Source: Ktedonobacterales bacterium (lineage in GTDB: Bacteria > Chloroflexota > Ktedonobacteria > Ktedonobacterales > JADMIN01). From it: a DNA stretch of 32,000 bases. The stretch's first letter is position 1. Each line of letters starts with the position of its first letter. The stretch spans positions 1,830,001-1,862,000 of the forward strand of contig CP126532.1 of NCBI GenBank assembly GCA_030167145.1. Reading direction: 5' to 3'. Shown here one piece after another: positions 8,326-17,157 of this stretch. The notes beneath the pieces were generated by a model that worked only from the letters and a program-made list of their open reading frames with translations, did no database searches and was not told the DNA's origin. The position numbers and the translations under genes were made by a program.

Positions 8326-9372
8326 TCAGCGCAACCCCGCCCCCTCCAACTGCGCAATCTGCGTCACATTCGCGCTCGTCACGAAGATTGGCCCCGTAGA
8401 CACCGTAGGGCTGGCGACTGAACTTAGATTCTCCTTATACAACGCCAGCAGCGCCACGGAAAGATACCCTTGCAAATACGGTTGCTGGTCAATGGCAAAC
8501 TGCATGTGTCCCCCCTGAATCGCCTGGAGCACCGCAGCCGAAACATCAAACGTCGCCAGGACGATCTGGTGCGCGCGAATCACGCCCAGCGCCGCGGCAA
8601 TCGCCACGCTCGCGCCCGCCGCATTCAGCGTGATAACCCCGTCAATCGAAGGATCCTGCGTCAGCAGCGCCTGGAGTTTTTGCTGCACGCTGGCGGGATT
8701 GCTTAGATCAACGCTCAGCACATCGGTTTTCCCGCCAGCCTTCTTCATCGCATCGTGAACACCGCTGCAACGGCTATTCATGTCGGGGTCGCCTACCGCC
8801 TGGTTGACGCACAACACATGTTTCGCGCCAGCCGCCGCCATTTGCTGGCCGCCCGCGTACCCCGCCTGATAATCCGTCTGACCGATGTAGTTCAGCAATC
8901 CGAGCTTGGTGGCGCACGCGCTACCTGAGTGGATTGAGATCACCGGAATGCCCACCAGGAGCGCTTGTTGAATATGCGTCGCCAGTTGATCGCAGTCGGG
9001 AATCGAAATGACCAACCCATCCGGCTGCGTGGCGACCGCGTTATCAATCAGCGTCCCCATATCGGCGCCGCCAGAAGCATCGGGCGCCTGATACGTCACC
9101 GACACGCCCATATCAGTCGCCGCCTGGTCGGCCCCCTTCTTCGCCAGCGCCCAGAACGGATCGCTCGCTGGCCCATCGGCGACAAGCACGAACTTGAACC
9201 CGCGCGTCGCAATATGCGGCGTCGCCGTTGCCTTGGGCGTCGTTTTCGCCGACGAACTACACGCCGCCAGACCGAGGAGAGGAAGCAAAAGAATCAGAAA
9301 GATTGCGGAAGCTATCGTAGGCAGGCGAAAACCAAATCGTGGGTGACCGGTCATAGATCCCCTCTTCTGCAT
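8326..9372 (-). CDS. Sugar-type ABC transporter substrate-binding lipoprotein (RbsB/periplasmic-binding-protein type I fold), orphan
   Basis: Signal peptide with lipobox LLGLAAC. FKFVLVADGPASDPFWALAKKGADQAATDMGVSVTYQAP..DGLVISIPD.. is typical of the Peripla_BP family. The start may instead be ATG 9354, after AGAGGGGA. No permease or ATPase gene lies nearby. Confidence 0.85.
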   Translation of the reverse strand: MQKRGSMTGHPRFGFRLPTIASAIFLILLLPLLGLAACSSSAKTTPKATATPHIATRGFKFVLVADGPASDPFWALAKKGADQAATDMGVSVTYQAPDASGGADMGTLIDNAVATQPDGLVISIPDCDQLATHIQQALLVGIPVISIHSGSACATKLGLLNYIGQTDYQAGYAGGQQMAAAGAKHVLCVNQAVGDPDMNSRCSGVHDAMKKAGGKTDVLSVDLSNPASVQQKLQALLTQDPSIDGVITLNAAGASVAIAAALGVIRAHQIVLATFDVSAAVLQAIQGGHMQFAIDQQPYLQGYLSVALLALYKENLSSVASPTVSTGPIFVTSANVTQIAQLEGAGLR

Positions 9373-9529
9373 GTTCGACTATCAGCTATCAATCCCATGT
9401 ATCTCTCGCGAGGTTCGCCGGGCATTTCGGACCATCATTCCCCCGACGACACAACAGCAGACCCAAGACACATGTGGCAGGCGTCAAACGCGCCTTGGGC
9501 CTGTTGCTCACCTCATCCGGCTTGCCGAA

Positions 9530-10363
9530 TTAATCGCCGTTCTCGGTCTGCACCGACACCGTGATCGTCCCACTGGCAAAGTGCAGCAGTGAATCGGCCA
9601 GGTTGATGCGCAAGTAGAGGAAGTCGTTGTCATACGCCACGCCAGCGAAGTCATCGCCCACTTGTAGCGGCGCGTGAGCTAGCCCTTGCCCCACTCGCCC
9701 CACCAATCCCTGCGTCGAGAACCCCGGCAGCGGCTCCCCACAATTGCAGATAAGATTCGGTGGCGCATTCGATGGCTGCCCAGCGGCGTCACTGGTTCCC
9801 ACAGAGTTCGAGATCTTCCAGAGTCCCGAATCATACTTGACCTCGAATTGCTTCCCGCGCTCCAGGAAGATGCCAGTATTCTGCCACCCTTTCGAGGCCG
9901 AAATCTTCACCTTACTGACCGCGTTTTGCAGCGGAACAATCGAAATCTGGTGGGTTTGCGTCGCGTCAATTTCGACATTGTTCGCCGATATTGACTCAAA
10001 CGTTATCCCGCCTTCCAGCAGAATCCCCAGTTTTGCCTTGCCCGCAATCACATCGTAGACATCCAGCGTATCAACACCATGTTTCACGTAGTGGATCGAG
10101 ACCGTGACATGGTTCGGCTTCGATGTGATTTTGGGACTTTGATTCGCGGGAATACTCTGCACCAGGCTGACTGCGTCTTTGGCGATCAGGATGCTGTCTT
10201 GCGCAACCACAAAAATGTCATCCGAATTCAAGACAAGATCAATCAGCCGAAACCCTGCATCTACTGCCGGCGGGACCACTGAGGCCGCGCCGCCTCCGCC
10301 ACACCCCACCAGCGACACCGCGAACGCTACGAGGAGTACCACACTGAGCAATTTGCGCTGCAT
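9530..10363 (-). CDS. Lipoprotein with C-terminal LecA/PA-IL-like beta-sandwich domain (putative lectin-like)
   Basis: ATG 10363 follows GAGGGA. The signal/lipobox is MQRKLLSVVLLVAFAVSLVGCGGGG. The C-terminal KGWQNTGIFLERGKQFEVKYDSGLWKIS..QGLVGRVG..FLYLRINL.. resembles the PA-IL-like fold. The upstream part of track ORF (to 10588) runs into the promoter. The domain assignment is from memory. Confidence 0.6.
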   Translation of the reverse strand: MQRKLLSVVLLVAFAVSLVGCGGGGAASVVPPAVDAGFRLIDLVLNSDDIFVVAQDSILIAKDAVSLVQSIPANQSPKITSKPNHVTVSIHYVKHGVDTLDVYDVIAGKAKLGILLEGGITFESISANNVEIDATQTHQISIVPLQNAVSKVKISASKGWQNTGIFLERGKQFEVKYDSGLWKISNSVGTSDAAGQPSNAPPNLICNCGEPLPGFSTQGLVGRVGQGLAHAPLQVGDDFAGVAYDNDFLYLRINLADSLLHFASGTITVSVQTENGD

Positions 10364-10556
10364 GCCTTCATCCCTCTGCCAAACCACCGGCGGCGCGCCC
10401 CTGCCTTCAGGCATGCGAACACCATCCGGGTAGCTCATCAGCGCTACGTTTGGCCCCTGTACTGGAAGACGATGGAAAGAGAATGGCCGGATAGACGACA
10501 AGAACCTACGAGAATGTACGAGTACGGCTACTACCAAACGCCAAGTGGCTGCACGG

Positions 10557-10585
10557 AGTATAGTGCTTGACCAACCACCTGTCAA
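10557..10585 (-). promoter_or_regulatory. Strong sigma70-type promoter candidate for the lectin-like gene
   Basis: The minus strand reads TTGACA, then GGTGGTTGGTCAAGCAC (17 nt), then TATACT. A perfect 10-bp palindrome GCAAATTTGC (10607-10616) lies about 20 bp upstream of the -35. Confidence 0.6.
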
Positions 10586-10796
10586 CAACTTTTCACTAGA
10601 TTCCTAGCAAATTTGCAAACAAGATAAATCGAATAACGTTGATTGCTGCCATCTGCATCTGGCGCTACCCTAGCGCCGCCTGGATCCTCGCAATGCGCTC
10701 GGCTCGTTCCTCCGCCGTGAGCGCCACCATTTCCGCCCCGATTGATAGACACACCAGAGGCAGAATCACCGTAATGGAGTGGAATCACATGACAAT

Positions 10797-10830
10797 GCGG
10801 AAGCGGGCGGTTGCAACCGCCCGCTTCCGC
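10797..10830 (-). terminator. Terminator-like hairpin downstream of the aminotransferase gene
   Basis: Perfect 14-bp stem GCGGAAGCGGGCGG / CCGCCCGCTTCCGC with a TTGCAA loop, about 40 nt after the minus-strand stop at 10869. The trailing U-tract is weak. Confidence 0.55.
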
Positions 10831-10868
10831 GTCAGCTATTCATGGTCGCGTTCTGCGCGCCCCAACAC

Positions 10869-12290
10869 TCAATGCGCCGCTGCCGCCATTTCCGCCGCTG
10901 GAACCGCGCTCACCGCCGCCAGCGACGCCTCCATGATGTCCAGCGCCTCCGCCATCTCTTCGTCCGTCGTCACCAGCGGCATCAGCAGCCGGATCACATT
11001 ATCGAAGAGACCTGCCTTGATCAGAATCAGCCCGCGTTTGCGCGCCTCCGCCAGCAGCATTGCCGCCTCCGCCGTCGCAGGCTCGCGGGTCGTCCGGTCG
11101 CGCACCAGTTCCATCGCCACCATCGCGCCCAGCCCGCGCACATCGCCGACGAGCGCGAAGCGCCCCTGCCATGCGCGCATGCGCTCCATTGCCGTCGCGC
11201 CCAGCCGGTTCGCCCGTTCCAGCAGCCCCTCGCGCGCAAAGATATCCAGCACTGCCAGCGCCGCCGCGCACGCCACCGGATTCCCGCCATAGGTACCGCC
11301 CAGGCCCCCTGGCTCCGGTGCATCCATCACTTCGGCCCGGCCCACCACCGCCGCCAGCGGCAGGCCCGCTGCCAGCGACTTCGCCATCAGCATCAGGTCG
11401 CCTTCCACGCCGCTATGCTCAGCCGCGAACATGCGCCCCGTGCGACCAAAACCGCTCTGCACCTCATCCACGATCAGCAATATCCCGTGCCGCGTGCAGA
11501 TCTCGCGCAGCGCCGGCAAGAACTCCTTCGGCGGCACGATGAACCCACCCTCGCCCTGCACCGGCTCCACGATGATCGCCGCCACCTGCTCGGCGGGTAC
11601 GCGCGTCAGGAAGGTCCGCTCCAGGTCCGCCTGCCACTCGTCGCAGTTCGCGTTCTCATCGCCGCTATGTTGCGCGCAGCGGTAGCGATACGGATAGGGG
11701 ATCGCATATATCTCGCTGGCGAACGGCCCGAAGTTCTGGCGATACGGACGCACCTTGCCGGTCAGCGCCAGCGCCAGATTCGTCCGACCGTGAAAGCTAT
11801 TCTCGAACGCGATGATCGCCTTGCGGCCGGTGGCGGCGCGGGCAATCTTGATTGCGTTCTCCACCGCCTCCGCGCCGCTATTCACCAACAGCGTCTTCTT
11901 CGGCGAGTTCCCCGGCGCGATCTCCGCCAGCCGCTTCGCCAGTTCCACATACACCGGCGGCGTCAGCACATGCGCGCAGGTGTGGGTATACAGCGCGGCC
12001 TGTTGCTGAATCGCCGCCACCACCGCCGGATGGCTATGGCCCACGTTCATCACGCCGATGCCGCCCGCGAAATCCAGGTACGTATCGCCGTTGACATCCA
12101 CCACCCGCGCGCCAGAGGCAGAGGCGGGATAGACGCCGTGGTATGTATAGACCCCGCGCGGCAGATATCGCTCGCGTTCCACCTGGATCGCCTCCGAGGC
12201 CGTGCTGGCCCGCTTGTGACGCGCATGTGTATCATCGGCGGCGCCTGCCTGCGCAGTGGAAGCGGCGCCCGCTTTCGGACTCTTCACCAT
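10869..12290 (-). CDS. gabT: Class III PLP-dependent aminotransferase, 4-aminobutyrate aminotransferase-like
   Basis: GAGGAGGG lies 8 nt before ATG 12290. Diagnostic segments: DFAGGIGVMNVGHSHP, NSGAEAVENAIKIAR, FHGRT, EPVQGEGGF, LLIVDEVQSGFGRTG, MAKSLAAGLP (Lys for PLP), GTYGGNP. Confidence 0.88.
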   Translation of the reverse strand: MVKSPKAGAASTAQAGAADDTHARHKRASTASEAIQVERERYLPRGVYTYHGVYPASASGARVVDVNGDTYLDFAGGIGVMNVGHSHPAVVAAIQQQAALYTHTCAHVLTPPVYVELAKRLAEIAPGNSPKKTLLVNSGAEAVENAIKIARAATGRKAIIAFENSFHGRTNLALALTGKVRPYRQNFGPFASEIYAIPYPYRYRCAQHSGDENANCDEWQADLERTFLTRVPAEQVAAIIVEPVQGEGGFIVPPKEFLPALREICTRHGILLIVDEVQSGFGRTGRMFAAEHSGVEGDLMLMAKSLAAGLPLAAVVGRAEVMDAPEPGGLGGTYGGNPVACAAALAVLDIFAREGLLERANRLGATAMERMRAWQGRFALVGDVRGLGAMVAMELVRDRTTREPATAEAAMLLAEARKRGLILIKAGLFDNVIRLLMPLVTTDEEMAEALDIMEASLAAVSAVPAAEMAAAAH

Positions 12291-12500
12291 CGGAATAACC
12301 CTCCTCTATTACGGCCCGCCATGCTCTCGCACTCTATCGTTTGCCGCGCCGAAGCGTAAACGGCCCCCCCGCACAACATTGCGTACCCGCCGTTGGCCAC
12401 GCTGTCGAACCTCGCGATACCATACGCACCCCCGCCTGCTCGCGGTGATATAGTGGCAGCGGCAAGCCAGTCCAACACAAGTGGCAGAGGCACAAACCGC

Positions 12501-13001
12501 ATGGCAAGCAATTCGCACATGGGCAACCATCTGAATCAGCCAGACACAGCCAGCGACACTATCCTGGTTGATGAGGCATCGCTGCCACTCATCTCATGGC
12601 TTGACCCCGATACGATGGCGTACCTTCGGCGAGTGATCGCGCTGATCGCTCAGCAAGCGCCAGACGCATTGGCGGCGATTCTCTTTGGCTCCGTAGCACG
12701 TCATGAAGAGCGCCCCCTGACAGACCCGCATCCGAGCGATGTGGATGTCCTTGTGCTCTTTGCGCCTGTTGGCGACCAGGAATCCTTGACTTCCGAACAG
12801 CACGCAATGCTTTCCTGGGCGGTGGTCCAGGCATATAACGCCTACCCTGGCACACCACGTGAGGTCCAGGTGCTCGGCGCTTTGACCCATTTCGCGCACT
12901 GGGACGAATCACTTGTCGAGCATGTCGCGCGTGACGGCATCTTGCTCTGGGCGCGCAGGCCACTGCCTACGGCATTGCACCCAGTCGAGGAACGCTGGTA
13001 G
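12501..13001 (+). CDS. Pol-beta superfamily nucleotidyltransferase domain protein
   Basis: The G-S..D-x-D signature is present: ILFGSVARHEERPLTDPHPSDVDVLVLF. ATG 12501 is preferred over the track start 12393. No HEPN partner ORF is adjacent. Confidence 0.75.
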   Translation: MASNSHMGNHLNQPDTASDTILVDEASLPLISWLDPDTMAYLRRVIALIAQQAPDALAAILFGSVARHEERPLTDPHPSDVDVLVLFAPVGDQESLTSEQHAMLSWAVVQAYNAYPGTPREVQVLGALTHFAHWDESLVEHVARDGILLWARRPLPTALHPVEERW

Positions 13002-13232
13002 CGAGCATCTTAGACTGGCTGAATAGAACATTCCGCTTGATGGAATGAAAGGACGCCTGCGCCACATCGCATCTATCCCCGCCGCTCCCGTTCTTCGCCC
13101 ACCCAAAAGAATAGTCCAGCGGCGGAGCATGCGCCCCAGCAGATTGGCCGTACTGTGAGCCAGATCATAGCGCGGCGCGCGATTGTGACTATGATAGGAG
13201 AAACACACATGGAGCCTCGCGATTCCGTCCCT

Positions 13233-13373
13233 CCCGAACCCGCAACGGCGGGTTTCGCGGCGGGACGCCATGCAGGCGCGATTTATCAATTCCTGCGGAC
13301 ACCTGTCTGTCCCAAACCCGCGTAGGCGGGTTTTGCGGCCGGAGGCCATAGAGGCGCGATTGCAATCGCCCGC
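13233..13373 (+). repeat. Two tandem short-variant copies of family E (E2 13233-13298, E3 13311-13373)
   Basis: Copy E2 is CCCGAACCCGCAACGGCGGGTTTCGCGG..GCCATGCAGGCGCGATTTATCAATTCCTGCGG. Copy E3 is CCCAAACCCGCGTAGGCGGGTTTTGCGG..GCCATAGAGGCGCGATTGCAATCGCCCGC. Confidence 0.85.
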
Positions 13374-13455
13374 AGCTTCGCCCGTCACCCACGCGCCCAC
13401 CACAACGTAAAGTCAGCATATCTCGCAATACTTAGTCATTTCTCACGGGGTTCTC

Positions 13456-14859
13456 ATGCCAAAGGCTCATACTAGCTACATCTGCCAGCAATGCGGATAC
13501 GAAAGCGCAAAATGGTTGGGCCGCTGCCCCGACTGCGGCGAGTGGAACACCCTCGTCGAGACGGTCGTCGCCTCAACCACACGCCCATCGGCAGCCGATG
13601 GGCGCGGCGCGGCGCTGGCGCGTGGTGGCCACGCCGAAGCCATCCCGTTGCCCAGCGTCCAGGCGATGGGCTATGCGCGCGTCGCCACTGGCTCAGCGGA
13701 GCTTGATCGTGTTCTGGGTGGTGGCATCGTGCCGGGGTCGCTCGTGCTGCTTGGCGGCGATCCGGGCATCGGCAAGTCCACCCTCATGGCCCAGGTCGCG
13801 GGTCACGTGGCCTCCCAGGACAACCGTGAAGTGCTCTACGTCTCAGCCGAAGAGTCCGCGCAGCAGGTGAAACTGCGCGCCGAACGACTCGGCATTACAG
13901 CGGAACGGCTCTTGCTCTTACCAGAGACAGAGATCGAAGCCGTTGTCGAGATTGCCACCAGGCTCAAGCCCGCATTGCTGGTTGTAGATTCGATCCAGAC
14001 CGTCGCTTCGACGCAGATCGGCTCAGCCCCCGGCAGCATCAGCCAGGTGCGCGACTCCACCCTGCGGCTGATGCGCATGGCCAAGGCCAGCGGCGTGCCG
14101 GTCTTCATCATCGGCCACGTCACAAAGGAGGGCACCGTCGCCGGACCACGCACCCTGGAGCACATCGTAGACGCCGTGCTCTACCTGGAAGGCGAGCGCT
14201 TCCACAGCTACCGTTTGCTGCGCGGCGCGAAGAACCGCTTCGGCGCGACCCACGAAGTCGGCGTCTTCGAGATGCGCGGCGAAGGCATGGTGGATGTCGA
14301 GAACCCATCCGCATTGTTCCTCGCCGAACGCAGCGGTGGCGCCACCGGCTCCGCCATCACCGTCAGCATGGAGGGTACGCGCCCATTTCTGGTAGAGATT
14401 CAGGCGTTGGCCTCGACCACCGCATTTGGCACGCCACGCTGCACGCCCAACGGCGTAGACGCCAGCCGCGTGCTGATGCTCATGGCAGTGCTCACCAAGC
14501 GTGTCGGGCTGGCGCTGGGCAACCAGGATGTCTACGTCAACGTCGCTGGCGGCTTCACCCTGAGCGAGCCAGCCGTAGACCTGGGCATCGCGGCAGCCGT
14601 CGCGTCCAGCTTCCGCGAGCAGCGCATCGAACCGGAGACCGTGCTCCTCGGCGAGATTGGCCTCGGCGGCGAACTGCGCGCCGTGACTCGCCTGGAAACG
14701 CGCGTCCGCGAAGCCGCCAAGCTGGGCTTCAAGCGCTGCGTCCTGCCGACATCCGGCGCACGGGTTGAAACCGCGATCAGTAGTACTTCAGGAGGGCACA
14801 TGGAGCTTGCCAGAGCCGCGACATTGGCGCAAGCACTGGAAATCGCACTGGAACGGTAG
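13456..14859 (+). CDS. radA: DNA repair protein RadA
   Basis: N-terminal zinc finger CQQCGYESAKWLGRCPDCGEWNT, Walker A GGDPGIGKST, KNRFG motif, and a Lon-protease-like C-terminal domain. Confidence 0.97.
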   Translation: MPKAHTSYICQQCGYESAKWLGRCPDCGEWNTLVETVVASTTRPSAADGRGAALARGGHAEAIPLPSVQAMGYARVATGSAELDRVLGGGIVPGSLVLLGGDPGIGKSTLMAQVAGHVASQDNREVLYVSAEESAQQVKLRAERLGITAERLLLLPETEIEAVVEIATRLKPALLVVDSIQTVASTQIGSAPGSISQVRDSTLRLMRMAKASGVPVFIIGHVTKEGTVAGPRTLEHIVDAVLYLEGERFHSYRLLRGAKNRFGATHEVGVFEMRGEGMVDVENPSALFLAERSGGATGSAITVSMEGTRPFLVEIQALASTTAFGTPRCTPNGVDASRVLMLMAVLTKRVGLALGNQDVYVNVAGGFTLSEPAVDLGIAAAVASSFREQRIEPETVLLGEIGLGGELRAVTRLETRVREAAKLGFKRCVLPTSGARVETAISSTSGGHMELARAATLAQALEIALER

Positions 14860-15217
14860 GTATAATGGGTAGGTTGTACTCAAAAGGATATACAGAGCGT
14901 CTCATGCCGTGAGATATGCCGCGCGAGGAGGTGCGGCAATCGCGCGGTGGCTCTGTGGCACGGAGTCCGAAAGGAGGAACGTTTCGTTGTCGCGGGTTGG
15001 TGGAGATGGCGCGCATCGGGTTTCTCGTGATTGATTGTGTGTGTTTGTGGCTGTTTCATTCGCACTTATCCGCGTCGTGTATGCGACGCACCCGTGTGAG
15101 CCGCGATCCCTGGCTGGTCCTCCACCTGCGTAGATGGCCCGCACCATCCGCGCGTGAGGCACGCGCGTCAGTGCTGCTGAGGGGAGCGCGCAACGCTCAT
15201 CCTCAAGGGAGGATCGC

Positions 15218-16408
15218 ATGTCTGGACGTACTATTTTGCGGCTTGTGAGCATGGTCGTAGCGGCAGGCATCGCCCTGCTGGTCGGCCTCAATATTGACCC
15301 CAACCACGTGCATCTCGACATCGTTGGTGGTGTCGCCATCGGCGTCGGTGTGCTGGCATTCCTTCTCACGCCCTTCATCGTCTTGCCGCCCTATCGCCGC
15401 ATTCGCGATATGATTCATCACGCCGAGGTCAGCGACCTGATCGCCGGGGCTATCGGACTCATCGTTGGCCTGTGTATTGCCGCCCTGGCCAACATCTTCC
15501 TCTCGCAGATCCACTTCTTCCAGCTTGGCCAGTGGCTGCCCATCGTCGTAGCCCTCCTCTTTGCCTACATCGGCATCGCCGTCGCCGTGCTGCGCAAAGA
15601 CGACTTCGGGCGGCTCTTCGCCTCCATGTTCGTCGGCGCGCGTGCCCAACGCAAAGCGCGCGACGAGCGTGAGAACGACGAGCGCGACGAGCGCGACGAG
15701 CAGCAGCCCGCCACCACCTCGCCACGCCTGCGCGACCGCTTCGCCGTCCGGGGCAAAGCCGCGCGCAACAGCGACAAAATCCTGGTGGACACCAGCGCCA
15801 TCATTGATGGCCGTATCGCCGACATCGCCGATACCGGCTTCGTCGCGGGCACGTTGGTCGTCCCGCGCTTCGTCCTGGAAGAACTGCAACACATCGCCGA
15901 CTCCGCCGATAGCATGCGCCGCACCCGTGGCCGGCGCGGCCTGGAGATCTTGCAGCGGCTGCAGAAAGACTCGCCCGTCCAGGTCGAGATCTCCGACGCC
16001 GACGCCGAGAACACGCCAGAGGTAGACGCCAAGCTCGTCAAGCTCGCGCGCCAATGGCACTGCCCCATCATCACCAACGACTTCAACCTCAACCGCGTTG
16101 CCGAGTTGCAGGGCGTGAAAGTCCTCAACATCAACGAACTGGCGCACGCCGTCAAGCCCATCCTGCTGCCGGGCGAAGAGATGACCATCAAGATCATGCA
16201 AGAAGGCAAAGAAATCGGCCAGGGCGTCGGCTATCTCGATGACGGCACGATGATCGTCGTTGAAGGCGGCAAATCCTATCTCGGCAGCACCATTGACGTC
16301 ACCGTCACGCGCGTGCTCCAAACCGTAGCCGGACGGATGATCTTCGCGCACCCAAAACAAGCCCCGGCGGGTAGCGCGGCCCCGATGCGGCGCACCGGAA
16401 CGGCCTAG
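15218..16408 (+). CDS. yacL: PIN/TRAM domain membrane protein (YacL-like)
   Basis: AGGGAGGA precedes ATG 15218. Four N-terminal TM helices, an acidic linker, a PIN domain (ILVDTSAIIDGRI..IITNDFNL) and a C-terminal TRAM-like barrel (GQGVGYLDDGTMIVVEGG..VTVTRVLQT). Its position after radA matches Bacillus yacL. Confidence 0.9.
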   Translation: MSGRTILRLVSMVVAAGIALLVGLNIDPNHVHLDIVGGVAIGVGVLAFLLTPFIVLPPYRRIRDMIHHAEVSDLIAGAIGLIVGLCIAALANIFLSQIHFFQLGQWLPIVVALLFAYIGIAVAVLRKDDFGRLFASMFVGARAQRKARDERENDERDERDEQQPATTSPRLRDRFAVRGKAARNSDKILVDTSAIIDGRIADIADTGFVAGTLVVPRFVLEELQHIADSADSMRRTRGRRGLEILQRLQKDSPVQVEISDADAENTPEVDAKLVKLARQWHCPIITNDFNLNRVAELQGVKVLNINELAHAVKPILLPGEEMTIKIMQEGKEIGQGVGYLDDGTMIVVEGGKSYLGSTIDVTVTRVLQTVAGRMIFAHPKQAPAGSAAPMRRTGTA

Positions 16409-16410
16409 CG

Positions 16411-17157
16411 GTGGACGCGCATGCGGGTTCATCCCCTACCAGGCCGGGTGAGCCGACCGAAGCGGAGCGCGCCCCCATAGGCGCGATTGCGCTGGCATGG
16501 CCCGATGACGACCTGCTCTGGGCGCTGGTGGCGGGCAAACCACTGTTCGCCTGGGCCGTCGCGGCCTGCGAAGCCGCGCCAGAGATCGCCGCGACCGTGC
16601 TGGCGCTCCCATCTGACCGCGTGCCAGCAGCGGCGGCGCTGGCGACCCGCGAAGGCTGGCGGCGCACCCGCCTCCTCGCCGTAGCGCCCGATGCCACGCG
16701 GCGGCGCGATGCCGTGCGGGCGGCGCTCGCTGCGCTCTCGCCCGCCTGCGGCTGGGTCATGGTTCACGACGCCGCGCGCCCACTCATCACACCGCAACTC
16801 ATCGCGCTGGCCTTCGCGGCGGCGCAACTCACCGGCGCGGCCACCGCCGCTGAGCCAGTGAAAGAGACCATCAAGCGCGCCCGCGATGGCGTCGTCATCG
16901 AAACGCTGCCACGCGCCGAACTGGCGCAGCTTCAGACGCCCCAGGTGTTCCGCCGCGACCTGCTCCGCGCCGCGCACCAGCAGAGCGTCCCAGATGCCGA
17001 CCTACCCGATGATGTGGCGCTGGCGCTGGCCTGCGGCATCACCGTACAAACCTATCCCGCTGGCGCGGACCACCTGCTAGTTTCCACGCCAGACGACCTG
17101 AAATTAGCGGGAGCCTTGCTACAACGGCGGCTCCCGCCTGAGGATACCGCAACATGA
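16411..17157 (+). CDS. ispD: IspD-like (2-C-methyl-D-erythritol 4-phosphate cytidylyltransferase family), apparently degenerate
   Basis: Family motifs are present: VMVHDAARP, EPVKETIKR, QTPQVF. The N-terminal AAGxGxRM loop is replaced by ALAWPDDD. GTG start lies 2 nt after the yacL stop. The ATGA overlap with gltX is at 17154-17157. Confidence 0.8.
   Translation: MDAHAGSSPTRPGEPTEAERAPIGAIALAWPDDDLLWALVAGKPLFAWAVAACEAAPEIAATVLALPSDRVPAAAALATREGWRRTRLLAVAPDATRRRDAVRAALAALSPACGWVMVHDAARPLITPQLIALAFAAAQLTGAATAAEPVKETIKRARDGVVIETLPRAELAQLQTPQVFRRDLLRAAHQQSVPDADLPDDVALALACGITVQTYPAGADHLLVSTPDDLKLAGALLQRRLPPEDTAT

Noticed and set aside
9373-10588. A longer form of the lectin-like gene (track start 10588, or M at 10438).
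   Set aside because: The extension would begin inside the predicted promoter and would put 50-75 non-hydrophobic residues ahead of a textbook lipoprotein signal peptide. ATG 10363 has a GAGGGA RBS.
12909-13403. 164-aa minus-strand ORF and a 38-codon + strand ORF (ATG 13210 after AGGAGA), both in the NTase-radA gap.
   Set aside because: Both read straight through the two family E repeats. There are no motifs. The small ORF has a decent RBS but cannot be supported from sequence alone.
14916-15248. 110-aa ORF in the radA-yacL spacer.
   Set aside because: It is Arg/Cys/Trp-rich, lacks host codon bias and overlaps the well-supported yacL start. The region is kept only as a possible leader or sRNA in the findings.
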